Assembly: GCA_044892525.1 (NCBI GenBank) | Contig: CM097885.1 | Span: forward strand, 157,108,001 to 157,172,000 | Length of the DNA stretch: 64,000 nt | Reading direction: 5' to 3' | From: Schmidtea polychroa | Taxonomy: Eukaryota | Shown here: positions 51,028 to 63,146 of the stretch, piece after piece | Numbering within the stretch: the stretch's first letter is position 1 | Layout of the letters: each line of letters starts with the position of its first letter | Program-made: the position numbers and the translations under genes | The notes under the pieces: model-generated | Database searches by the model: none | What the model was told of the DNA's origin: nothing | What the model saw: only the letters and a program-made list of their open reading frames with translations

Positions 51028-54000
51028 TAGGGTTGTTAAACGAAAATCGGAAATCCGATTTTCGATTTTGAAAACGATTATCGGTTTCTTTATTTCACAA
51101 AACGATAATCGGTTTTGTTTGACTTTTACATATTATACAGATAAATTGAATGCCGGGAATTTAATTTTGTTCATTGTTTACTACTGTATCCATTCAATTT
51201 TACCGACAGAAAGGGGCAGTTTTTTTCAACTCGTCAAAACTCCTTACAACGTGTTTGTACATGAGTCAATCTTTTCAATTATCCCATTCCTGTAACAACG
51301 GCAAGAGGTTGCTCTAGTATTCCAACATATCTCACCGACTGACCAGTTATTTGTCAGTTGATGTCCGTAATCGGCAACCGCTGATTTGTTTTATACAGCC
51401 CCTGACAGGTACTGTGCCCATTAAATCTTTTAATCGGGACCAGCTGAGGCCAAGGTTGTGGTTGTGTGTTTTAGTATTTGCATTTTGCCGGTTTTGTTTG
51501 GCAACCTGATATTTGTTGCCGAAATCGGCCACCAAAGATTTGATTACTGCAGTCCATAACAGAAGCTTAGCTATTAACCCCCTTGACAGGGACTAGATGT
51601 GGCCGAGGTCGGCGATTTTGTGTTTAGTCCGTGAAGGTCTATTTTGCAATCTGATATCTTGCATCTGCGAACCGGTTAAAAGTTTATTCTGGTTTTAACT
51701 TAAAACCAGAATAAACTGAATTGCATACCGCATCATCTTCATGAAAGCCAGATGTAAAGAGATCGAAAGACATGTGCCATTCCTCGAATCATAATGTTTG
51801 GTTGTTTACCCATTGAAATATGGAAGAGAGTTGGACACTAGGACAAACTTCAAGTTTGGGTGACGACCATTCTCAAATTTATTCAGTTAATTGATCTTTT
51901 GACAATGTCTAAGAGGCTGCTCAGGTCGAAGTAAATTGATTTTCGGGATTTTAATTTATGACAAGATTTTGGAAAGTCCAATCCATGGTTCAAATCTACT
52001 ATAAACATATAAACTGTTATATAATTTCCATTCATTCAGTTAGTTGCTCTTGTAGTAGCTGTTATTAATCCATATAATTGAAAATTGCGGTTTAGTTTGA
52101 ATATTACGTAATATTCAATAAACATTTTTTATATTATCTAAATCAATACAAAATCAGTTTAAATTTATGGGTTTCCGTATAAATAAGTCTGACGTCTGGG
52201 ACAATTTTGATAAAATTTCGGCGACGATGGCACAATGTAAGCTCTGTGCACAGCAAATAAGTAGGAGTGGAGGTACTACGACTGGTTTGCATGCACATTT
52301 GCGTAGCAAACATGGTGGATTAACAACATCTTCAAATACTCAAACACGATTGACTGCATTGATTACAACACAAAGAAATTGTCCGAGTAGTAAACAGGAA
52401 AAAATTACGGCTGCTGTTGCGAGATTGATTTCCGAAAATATGTTGGCAATTTCGCTCGTGGAATCGAAATCCTTCCGTGAATTGATGGCGATAGTGGAGC
52501 CAGGATATCGTCCTCCGTGTCGTCAGACGATGACAGCACGACTAACAGCAATGAAAAATAATTTAGTGGTCAAAATGTCGAAATATATCCATGAAAATGT
52601 CAAGGACATTGCGATCACTACCGACATCTGGACTAGTGTCACCAATGAAGCTTATCTCAGTTTTACTGCAAGCTACATTGATACAGACTGGAATATGATG
52701 ACGCCTGTTCTTGGAACAATTCTGATGACTCAACGCCACACACAAGCCGTCATTGCTGACCATCTATGTAGTATAGCTGATGAATGGTCAATAAAAGAAA
52801 AAATTGTTGCATGTGTCCATGATGGTGCATCCAACATCAATCATGCAGGCAATCTCAATGGATGGTTTGACGTTCACTGTGCGGCGCATAAATTGCAACT
52901 TTGCATCAATAATGCAATGGGCTCCCATGTTGTCACGGATCATCAAATTTCCAAATGTATATCAGCTGCAGCACGAATAGTCGGACATTTCTCACATAGC
53001 CCAATGGCAACGGGGGAGCTCCTGAAAAGACAGTTGTCCATGGACAAGGATAAAACGCCACTAAAACTTATTCAGCACTGTAAGACTCGTTGGAACAGCG
53101 TCTATGACATGTTTGAACGACTAGTAAAACTGAGATGGCCAGTAGTTGCAGTATTGAGCGACAAAAACGTGGTGAAATTGAACGATGCCAAAACGTTGGG
53201 CATGAAGGACGATTATTGGCAACTGATGACTGAATTGCTCCCTGTTTTAAAAGCGTTGCAGATCGTGACGTCCGTCATGTCAGCCGAAAGCCAGCCATCA
53301 GCCTCTTGTGTTTTTCCCATGTTATGGGGACTCGTGAAAAATCATTTAACCATTAAAGAAGAAGATTCTGACATTATGGGTGAATTTAAGAGAGATCTTG
53401 CTAAGAATATTTCACGTCGTTTTGGATTAGAAAATAATGAAACAGCAAAAAACGAATGCGTTGTTGCATCAATTCTCGATCCGATGTATAAGCATCTTCC
53501 TGGATTTCCGGACGATTTCAAAAAGCTGGCGTATGAAAATGTCCGTCATCTCATCAGACAGCTGCCAGATTGCCCCGAACAGCCGAAGACGAGTCGGGAT
53601 GAAGATAACATGATCCCACCAACTAAAAGATCACGACCAAATCATGATGCAGTTATGTTTCTCCTTGGTGATAGTGCAGCACAACAGGCGCCAGAGGAAT
53701 CCGACTTTGAATATTACGTCAAATCATTATGGTCGACAAACTCAAGTGAAACAGCCCTGGAGTGGTGGAAACATAATATGAAACTTTTCCCCAAAACAGC
53801 TATTCTTGCCCGGAAGTTCTTATGCATTCCTGCAACCTTAGTGCAATCGGAACGATTATTTTCGGCCACTGGACGTCTGATAACCAAGCTTCGTAACCGG
53901 CTCCTTCCAGATCATGCAGAATCTTTGGTCTTTTTGAATATGAACCAGGACTTGTCTGATATTTAAAAATAAAATCGAATTTAGTACTTACTTTTAAATG

Positions 54001-54367
54001 TTTACACTTTGGAATCTTTGTTTTTGATATCTATGGTTTCGATATGTTTATGTTTAATTTTAAAATAAGGCCGCCGCAGCACCGGAAAGTTTTATTTTGA
54101 TTTATACTTTAGTATATACAGGGAAAATTACCGAAGAAATTGAAAACAAATTTACTTATATGCTTTAACTTTTTACATAAACAGTCAGTTCATATTCTCC
54201 TTGTGTGTGGTATAAACTTTGAATAAAACTAATTATACTATACACGTGCGTGAATAGTAATAATGTAAGTAGCTTTGGTTATGCAAAGTGCAAACGATAA
54301 TCGGTTTAAAATCGGATTTATACAAACGATAATCGGATTGCTCGAAAAACCGATATTAACAACCCTA
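51028..54367 (+). mobile_element. Full-length autonomous hAT element (3340 bp)
   Basis: Perfect 12-bp TIRs TAGGGTTGTTAA / TTAACAACCCTA. Perfect 8-bp TSD AATTGAAT (51020-27, 54368-75). Subterminal AACGATAATCGG-type repeats at both ends. Confidence 0.96.
52167..53966 (+). CDS. hAT transposase (ZBED1/ZBED4-like), 599 aa, intact
   Basis: BED finger VWDNF...CKLC...HLRSKH; ITTDIWTS (D); VHDGASN (D); CAAH; TRWNS; SERLFS (E); C-terminal dimerisation block RNRLLPDHAESLVFL. Confidence 0.96.
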   Translation: MGFRINKSDVWDNFDKISATMAQCKLCAQQISRSGGTTTGLHAHLRSKHGGLTTSSNTQTRLTALITTQRNCPSSKQEKITAAVARLISENMLAISLVESKSFRELMAIVEPGYRPPCRQTMTARLTAMKNNLVVKMSKYIHENVKDIAITTDIWTSVTNEAYLSFTASYIDTDWNMMTPVLGTILMTQRHTQAVIADHLCSIADEWSIKEKIVACVHDGASNINHAGNLNGWFDVHCAAHKLQLCINNAMGSHVVTDHQISKCISAAARIVGHFSHSPMATGELLKRQLSMDKDKTPLKLIQHCKTRWNSVYDMFERLVKLRWPVVAVLSDKNVVKLNDAKTLGMKDDYWQLMTELLPVLKALQIVTSVMSAESQPSASCVFPMLWGLVKNHLTIKEEDSDIMGEFKRDLAKNISRRFGLENNETAKNECVVASILDPMYKHLPGFPDDFKKLAYENVRHLIRQLPDCPEQPKTSRDEDNMIPPTKRSRPNHDAVMFLLGDSAAQQAPEESDFEYYVKSLWSTNSSETALEWWKHNMKLFPKTAILARKFLCIPATLVQSERLFSATGRLITKLRNRLLPDHAESLVFLNMNQDLSDI

Positions 54368-56138
54368 AATTGAATATAAAGCACGTTAATAAAAGAAATT
54401 TTAAAAGTATCACGTGCCAATGGTAGGATGTTAGGAATTTTCGGGAAAGTTTCTTTGCAGATAAAATTTAAAGATAAGAAAATAATCGACGAATTTGTTT
54501 ATCCAAAGAAATTTTGGGGTTGTCTAGATTTATATAATGTAAAGTTTAAATGCACAAAAATCTGATTGAGAAATAATAAAAAGCTCAATGAAACAAAATT
54601 GAAAAAATAATAATTGAAGTGGGAAATATAGTGCCTGAAACACGTCCATTCAATTTTATTTAATTGTTTAAAATTAAATTCCAAATCCGTTTTTAAAAAT
54701 AACAAGTATTTAAATTTTGTTTTAATATTAATTAACACCACGTTTTTTGTATATCGAATGTATAAATGCATCAACATCAATTTTTCTGTTCTTCATATAT
54801 TTCTGTGCTATTAGCGTTCAAAGTTCACCTAATCGAAATATCAGATCACATTTTTCCTCTTTTTTTCTTTTTTCCTTTTTTTAGTTTATTTTTTATTCAA
54901 CTTTTTTTTTGATTTTTATTTTATTTTATTTATTTATTCTTTGATTTTTTTGTTTTTATCATCTTTATTTTTTGTTATAATTATTTTTATTTATTTATTT
55001 AATTTAATTATTATTTTTTTACTCTTTACTTTTTCTTTATTTTTTCTTTTTTTGTATCTTTTTTTACTCTTTTTTAATTTTTTTAAATTTTATTATTATT
55101 CTTTTTTTTCGTTTTATCACAATTAAAAATAACAAAAAAATAAAAAGAGATTCTAACCGGAATCCGTAGAATTCATTTTTCTGAACCTTCCTAATATACA
55201 GAAACAACCTGAAAATGAATTTTATGTAATGGGGAAATTTTAGATAATTCAATTTGTTTTTTTTATACCAAATTTCTTTCGTTTCGAAATGAAATTCAAT
55301 TATTTGTAAACTCTGTCCACAATTATTATTTTGACTAATATAAAAATGTATTTTAGTTATTTTTAAAAAGTAAAAAGTCCGTATTTTATTTTTATATAAT
55401 TAACCGATTTAAAATATTTTGTCAAACACCAGAATAATAATTCACGATTTTTCCGTCACTCCAGCGCCTCTTTTAGAACCTCAGGGCCTATGGCAGTACC
55501 CAAACTAAGGGCTCTATTTATTTCATTTTTTTAAATAGTATCGTAATTTATTGAACACAAACTTCTCGACCTGTTTTCAATGTAAATTCATCAATAATAT
55601 GATCAAAATTAAGATTTTTAGCTAAATCGCTATTTATATGAAGCATTCCAACGCTGTTGAGACGACTGAAATATGCGGCGCGTTAAATAAGTTAAAGGAA
55701 ACCAACGGGAACGACTTAAATTCTATTACAAAAAATCTTCCGAAATATTTAATTCTCTGCCGAAAACACGTCACATTGTTTATAACAGTAATAACCCACC
55801 AAAGTTAAAGATAAAGAGAGCCAAGACTCAAGGTAGAAAGGCTTTTGAAAAGATTGTAGCAAAAGCCCAAATATCCAGAAGAAATGTAGCAACTAACAAA
55901 ACATTATTTAAAATTAACTTAATAATATCAGAGAAATTATGAACATGTAATCGGAAAACTGGTAGATCCTAACCCGAGATGATACAATAGATCAGTGGTT
56001 CTCAATTAATATAAAAGCGCGGAACACCATTCACATGATTTTTTTACGCGGAACACTGACAAAAAAATACTTGCTCACATTGAGTGACCAATCACAAATT
56101 ACTATAAATCTGTCGTAAACGTAAACAATGCCTTCTTA

Positions 56139-57260
56139 CACCTAATTCCACATGTTAAAAGTCTCTATAATACATGTTGGTGTGTTCATCAATCGATGAC
56201 TCACCATTTATGAGAGAGTTTATTTCATTTTTTGATTTTCAATTCAATTTTATTTATGATTTTAGAAGTAAGTTTTTTAAATTTAAGTATATTTTAAGGC
56301 TTGAATTTTGATTTTATATAATTATGAGATCATAATTCAAGCTCTTAAATATTACTTGTAATCAGTATTTATAATATATTGATAATTAAATTTCAGGTGC
56401 ATTTTTAGGTATTTTATGATATGTTATGAATTTGGAATTATTTCAATAAAATGTAAGTTATATATATATTTTTAACTAAAAAGAAATAAAATAATCACCA
56501 AACACATTTATTTTTTTAAGAAATAATGGTTCCAATCGATTTTTTGGAGATTCCCAGTAATCTTCCAAAATCTTTATAATTTTCTCCATTTTCAAAAGCA
56601 TTGATGAGACGGATTTTGTCATTTTCTGAAATTCTTTGAAAATATTATTTTTTAAAAATAAGTTATTAAAATTTACGATTTTCGAATTTTTTTCTTCAAT
56701 TCCAAAGATGTCGATGGAACTTGTTGAATATCTTCACACAAAGGCGTTTGACAAGAAATATCTGATATGCTGTAAAATATTTTTATTATTTGTAATTAAA
56801 TAAAAAAATTCTTACATTGTCAGATCTTCACCTTCGCAAAATGGAAATGTCTCCAAAGAAATATCTGAAAATCTAAAGAAATATTAACTTCAAAAATATT
56901 TTATAAATAGATCTTACGATGTTTTGTCGTCCATTTCTCGAAAACTCAAAGTTGAGTTGTCAGATTCAAAATCCAAATTTTTTTCAGCCATGAATTTTAA
57001 TAATTTTAAATTAATGATATGTTAACAGACTCTCTACTTTCGGAATAAAAAAAGCTATATTAAAATTGCGTGTATTTTATATTATGTGTGCTGTGTTTGT
57101 ATGTAAAATTATTTTTCTGTCACTTTCTCAATTCCTATAATAAAACTTTTAACATTCGGAACATTAAATTTTTGCACACAGGTAAGTTTGTGTGTTGCTA
57201 TAATATAATTTTATCGATTTTTTTTAGATTATAGAAACTTTTATATTTTGGATTTAGGTG
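56139..57260 (-). mobile_element. 1.12-kb non-autonomous Tc1/mariner-type TIR element, copy 2
   Basis: Ends CACCTAATTCCACA / TTTGGATTTAGGTG. TA duplication shown by the empty site CCTTCT-TA-TAAGC in the 41420 MITE copy. Confidence 0.93.
56516..56991 (-). CDS. 4-exon, 113-aa acidic + HTH protein (transposase-like DNA-binding domain only)
   Basis: Exons 56991-56918, 56872-56816, 56769-56677, 56633-56516. Three phase-2 GT-AG introns of 45, 46 and 43 nt. 342 nt in frame. Ends ISENDKIRLINAFENGENYKDFGRLLGISKKSIGTIIS*. Confidence 0.75.
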
Positions 57261-58144
57261 TATAAGCAAAGAAAATACCACGCGCAACAATAACAAGCAA
57301 TAAAAACACTTTTATATTTGTATGTTTATATATCTGTGTAACGGCTTTCTTATTGAATCATCTTATAAAAAAATTAATTGAGGTTTTTGATGATATGTAT
57401 CTTAAAAGCAAATTTAAAGATAAAATGTCATTTTTTCGTGGAACACGGGTTGAGAATCATTGTGATAGATGAACAAATGAAGTTCGATCTCTTGAATGCA
57501 ATTTAGTTGGCCATATAAAAGATTATCAGTTTATTACCTCGTTCTTTAACGAAGATTCATCCAAAATCTTAAAGAGTTCAGCGAATGATTTCCTACTACT
57601 TGTCTGCATTACACAAATAATATGTTATGAGCCTGATGATATATTTTTGTAAAAAAAAAGAGAGTCAAAGATAAATCTTTAACTAATCAACGGAGAGACA
57701 ATGAAAAATATAGCGATATATGAAATATAAGTCATCATTAATCGACAAGCATGAGGCTTTCATTGAAAATTTTGCAGCAAAACTAAACCAATGTTCTCTA
57801 AATTTTTCAGAGAGAAATACGGAGAGAATCCATAAATAAACCAATCATCTATTGTAAAGAATTAGTACATGGTTTATGTTTGAGACGTGTGGAAATAAAT
57901 GTGGGGGCTCTGTTTACAGAATGTTAAATAAACTTCTCCAGGATTATCTTGATGAAACAGAAGGCAACCTAGATATGCTAGTGGAATTTAAATGCAAAGT
58001 CATGCAAAAATTTTGTTAAAAAAGCATTGTTGGGTCAAAACTGTAAGCCACATTTTTATGATAATATTTAAATTTAATTATTCAATAGTTCTTTTCTTCC
58101 TCTGTAAGATCATTTATTTTGATTATTTTTATGTAGTAGTAGTA

Positions 58145-58200
<56 letters not shown>

Positions 58201-59131
58201 TTTAAATATCCAGTTTCACGATACTTTAAAATTAATTTATGAAATTTTCTTTTATTTCTTGGACATTCGTTCCTGAAATCATAAATAAGGTAATTAATAA
58301 TTCAAAATATTAATTATAAATTCAATTGGAAATTCTGCCGCCGATCAATTTAATAAAATTTTTCACTGGGAAGATGCCCTGTGCCATCCACGCCTTTCCA
58401 GTAGATTAGTTCAGGAATCGAATCCCAATTTCAACACCGACTAACTGATCCATTCGTTAATTCCTCATTTTTGATCGACATCGCAGCAGTTTAATTTTCT
58501 GATTGAAATTTACTACATATGATAGTCGATTTCTAATGGACATCTCCCCAGCACCGCATGCGGCTGGCCTGGTCAAGCCATGCTTGTAGAAAGAACAGGC
58601 GAATCGGATATCTCTATTGGCTTACTCATAACTAGTTCTATCCCTGATTTTATCGATCTTGCTTCCTGCGGAAATCTTAATCTTCTCAACGACATTTTTT
58701 TGCTCCATTGAATTAAGCTGAATTATTGTTTTCATCAAGACGAGATTGCCATCGACCGATTAAATATTGATGAAGTTGGAAATTTTCTAAGATGGAAACT
58801 ATCTAACACGAAATGCTTTGCGTTCCATTATTATTAGACTAGGGAAAACCTGGATATAAATAATTCATAAAAACAACTATTACAATTGATTTTGTTACCG
58901 ATTCTTTAGTAAATTATTTACAATATTATTTTCGAAGCTTTGTTTTATATTTTATTTTTCAGTTAACTTTTAGATTTCTACAAAACATTTCAGCTTAATG
59001 CATGATTGTTTTCATTTGGCTTTATTTTGTCAACCAATCACAATTCCATTAATCCACCAATAGGAATCGCTTAAATAATTCTCTTAATCTACTTCGATTG
59101 ATTTCACAGGATTCACAGATACGGTAGCATT

Positions 59132-59201
59132 ATGTGCCAACTGATCAATGCTATTTTGATCTCGGTTTTCTCAATTGTAAATAGCAGAGTTCCCAATTAC
59201 G
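59132..59201 (+). CDS. Possible first coding exon (signal-peptide-like) of an unresolved gene
   Basis: MCQLINAILISVFSIVNSRVPNY followed by a strong donor G|GTAAGT. No phase-compatible next exon identified. Confidence 0.3.
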
Positions 59202-59644
59202 GTAAGTTTGTCCTTTGTAATTATCATAAAGTTTTTGATGGGGATTGTAAAAAATATTTTTTAAAGAACCATTAATTCAATTTTTCATTATTGAAATTTT
59301 ATAATTTTTATTAGTTTAATTTTTTTAAAAAAATATTTAAAAAATATTTAATAAATAAAATAAGCAAAATTTTATGTAAAAAAAGTTATTGTGAAACGTG
59401 ATTTATCAATATATTTCTTCAAATTCCAAATTAATTATAAAAGATTTTTTTCGTATTATGCTAATTGTCTTGGAGTTGAGTAGAGATGTCATTATTGATA
59501 ATATCTGGTTTACTAATTAAAACAAAACTCTCTGTTTTTATTTATTAGAAATAATTGATTTGAATTTTATCTAATTAAATTTTTATTTTTTTATAAAAAT
59601 ATTATTGTTATTTTTAGTATAAAGTTTTTTCTATTATTATTATA

Positions 59645-59715
<71 letters not shown>

Positions 59716-60316
59716 TACTACTAAAGCCGCTTCAAGGCAATAGCGAAAAAAGTACAGAGCCAGGGCTCAAAATTCGTTCTATGTAAAAATTATAAATGAC
59801 TTGTTATAAATGCAGAAATATTAATTGTCTCAACATTTTTGATGAATTTGCATAAATGGAAACAGGAAAAGTAAAGTTGAAATAATTATTATTGAATATA
59901 TATATTTATTTATTTAATTATATTAAATTTTATATCAAGATTATGTAAAATATTCTTTTTATCTAAAAAAATTGCAAATTTTACTTATTTTTATTTATTA
60001 AAGAAATTCGGGGACAAAATTAAACATCGCCCAGGGTAGATGAGATTTTTACTGTTTATTCTAATTTTCCATTATATTATTTTGTAATGTCTATACCAGG
60101 GGTTTTCAAATTTTCGATTAGAGGGCCCTACTTTTAAAATTGTAAATTTTCACGACCCACCAACCACGCCATGAGGCAAATGTCTGTCACTATTTCAAAA
60201 GAAAAGTAATCAAACATTAAGATTTTCCTAAAATCTTTTTTTACTCTCTCTATATTAACTTCGCTGATGTTTGTATGTTTATATGTGCCACACAAATTTT
60301 GTGAGACCAAACTAAC

Positions 60317-60754
60317 GGTTCTAGGGCAATTCGTAGCGGATATTCGTCGCGGACAATTAATTTCAAAGACAACATAAAAATTGGAAAAATATATGGTGCT
60401 ATTGATTTTTTATAAATTAATTGAATATTAAAATATAATAAATTTTAATTTTTTCAATTAATTTTTCTTATGTAATGGAATTGCGTTCAAATCGATAAAA
60501 AATGGCAAAATTTATAAAAATAACAAATAATTACCCATTAAGACTGACTTATTATTATTTAGTTGTGGTATAAATTATAATTATTAAATATAAATTTAAA
60601 CCATAACATTTATAATAGTATAGGTTTGCTTGCTTATATACATATAATATTAATAACACAATAAATGATTTATTTTATTGTTTTCATATGTATTACAAAT
60701 TTCTGCACCGAATTGTCCGCGCCGAATTGTCCTGCGACAAATTGTCCGGTTACC
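60317..60754. mobile_element. MITE with GGACAATT-repeat TIRs (Mutator-like or hAT)
   Basis: Imperfect ~45-bp TIRs GGTTCTAGGGCAATT...GCGGACAATT / AATTGTCCGC...AATTGTCCGGTTACC. TSD AAACTAAC (60309-16, 60755-62). Confidence 0.75.
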
Positions 60755-62799
60755 AAACTAACTAACCTTCCGTGATCGAATTGAGCTGAAATTTGGCAAG
60801 TAGATTTGTTGTCGAGAACACTGCATGCCATCAACATTTCAGATCGGCTCTGATCACAGAAAGTGGGTTAATTTAAAAAATATTGATATGTCAAATCTAG
60901 TGTTATTTCCTTATTTCAATATAAATTCTTATCTATTCATTAACTTCTGATTAAAGAGATTAAACGTAATTAAATCTAAAATATGTAGAAACGAAGAGAG
61001 TGAAATAGAGTTTCAAAAACCATGTTTTTTATGATTGATTTTTATTTTATTCTTTTTTACTTATGTGTAATAATATATTTTGACTATATTTTAAACCATA
61101 AAAATTTTGCGATAAAGATGTGAAAATTAATAATAATATTATTATTATGTTAATTTTGAGATTTTAATCGCTTTCTGTATATTTGGCTTCATACGGAATT
61201 CGATAGCGTTCTTTAGGAAATATAAGGCAATTGGTTCTTTAGGGTCGTGATTCCAAAACATAAAAAAATCGAAAATTTACATAGTATCAAAGGAAAGCAA
61301 TGAAAATGAAAGAATGATAAAAAAAATTCATCTCTATATCTGAAAAAATATTTATTATTCCATTCAAATTGGTCATTTTAATTGTAAAAAATATGCAAAT
61401 AAAACCTCTAGATAAATTATTTGAAATTGAATTTGTTTATTTGCATCATAATTGCGATACTCGAATTAGAAACCTCATTGAAATCGGGAATTTTATGCCT
61501 CAATAATTAGGATTTTTATTTTGTTGTTCACAATTTAGTTGATTTTTTCTCCTAATTTCTAATTTATTTTTTAATAGAATACTTTAAAATTTCTTGCAAT
61601 TTTGAATTATTTGTATTTTTTCTAGTTAAACTTTCAATTCAGATATTGCAAAGAGAATATTTTTTATTTTTTATTTTTTATATTTCATTATCAAAAATAC
61701 CGAAGTCTCCGTGATATATTTCCTTTCTCAATATTGTCAGAAATGGAAAAAAATGATTTTTTGCATAATTTTTGTATTTTGTTAAATTAATTATGCCATT
61801 GCAAAATTATTATATTCAATAAAAATCTGTTTCAATAAATTAAACTTGTTGACTATTTGAAATTTTTATTATTTGAAAGTTTTTATTATTTTTATTACTT
61901 TGTTTTAAATGATATAATATTTTTTATTTTCCATTAACAAAAATTTATTTTCTGACAATTTCTCACCTAAGAAAATTGATAATAAATAACCAAATGATTT
62001 TCAATTAATTCTTTCTTTCAGAACTACATTTTTTCTAAGGAAATTAAATCTTGGAAAGTTTCAAGATTATGAGATAATCTGGTGTCTGGGGGTCGAATAT
62101 TCGAAGTCGACATCTCTAGCGACTAAAATTATTATTTAGTATTAAATCTTTGATGGGTTTGATATTCTAAGCGAGTCACATTTTGCATATTTTCTAAGCA
62201 ACACGAGAATTTCATGAAGCATTCTGGACAAATATCTATTGGAAAATAATGAAAAGTAAAGCGCAACTTGTCTCTTTAGCGATAATTATTAGGAGGAAAT
62301 AAAATGAAAATTATTTTAAGAAAATGACATGAAGTTGCCAAAGTAAATGTTTATTCAATTTTAAAAAGTTCACATAAGGAATAAAAACTATATGGAAGGC
62401 TGCCTTCAAACACTATCCAAAAATATATTTCTAAGATGTTGCATTTGATATTATTCAAAAATTAATAAAAGCAATATTTATTTAAAGGTGGCAATGTTGA
62501 ATATAAATAGAAATAAAACCAAAATGGAAGATTAGAAATCAGCTGTACATAAAACTTTCATAGAATGTTAAGATCAAGAGAAGTACTAGTACAGAAAAGT
62601 CAAGTACAAAATGAGGGAATCCTAAATTTTAAGCGATATAATTGAAAATAAGAATTGGCTAAAACTTCGTCAATCATCAAACCTCAAGACCAATTGAGTT
62701 GCAATTTCTTTAAAAAAATGTTTCCTGATTTTTATTTCGGTATTGATAGCAAATTAAATGCCTATAACTTTCTTCATTCCATCCCATTTTTTTTGTCCA

Positions 62800-63146
62800 A
62801 GCCTAGCGCCCTAGGCGAATTTTTATGAAGCGCCTACCTTAAAGAATGCCAACTGAAACATTATGTTTTAATAATTTAAATTTCTTAATTCAACGAGTAG
62901 GTATTTCATAATAAATTTTCTATTGAGTGAAATAAAAAATTTGTCCATTTCAAAATATAATAATATATGCAGTTTCAAAATACATAAATAATAGTACAAA
63001 ATCATATAGGAGTGACAATTGTGAAAGAGAAAAATTAAAGATATCATAATAAATAATTTTTTTTATATATTCGAGAAATAATTTAGAAAAATATTTTTGC
63101 GCCCTAGGCGGCCGCCTAATTCGCCTATATGGTAGAGCCGTCCCTG
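62800..63146. mobile_element. Right-end fragment of a GC-tipped hAT-like element
   Basis: GCGCCCTAGGCG twice and terminus ...GGTAGAGCCGTCCCTG. Left end not found. A similar orphan end lies at about 50310-50364. Confidence 0.4.

Larger units (their letters stand above)
55993..57462. mobile_element. Second Buster MITE copy, carrying a nested insertion
   Basis: TIRs CAGTGGTTCTCAA / TTGAGAATCATTG. TSD CAATAGAT / TGATAGAT (6/8). The two halves match 41420-41763. Confidence 0.88.

Noticed and set aside
51574-51679. TTAA-CCC...CGG-TTAA as a tiny piggyBac MITE
   Set aside because: No real TIR beyond 2-3 bp.
54499-55252. F/L/I/K-rich ORFs (also 57992-58276, 37629-37829, 9537-9722)
   Set aside because: Low-complexity AT-rich or microsatellite sequence, not protein-like.
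61990-62130. Candidate exon 2 for the 59132 signal-peptide exon
   Set aside because: The phase-1 reading after the acceptor hits TAA within five codons.
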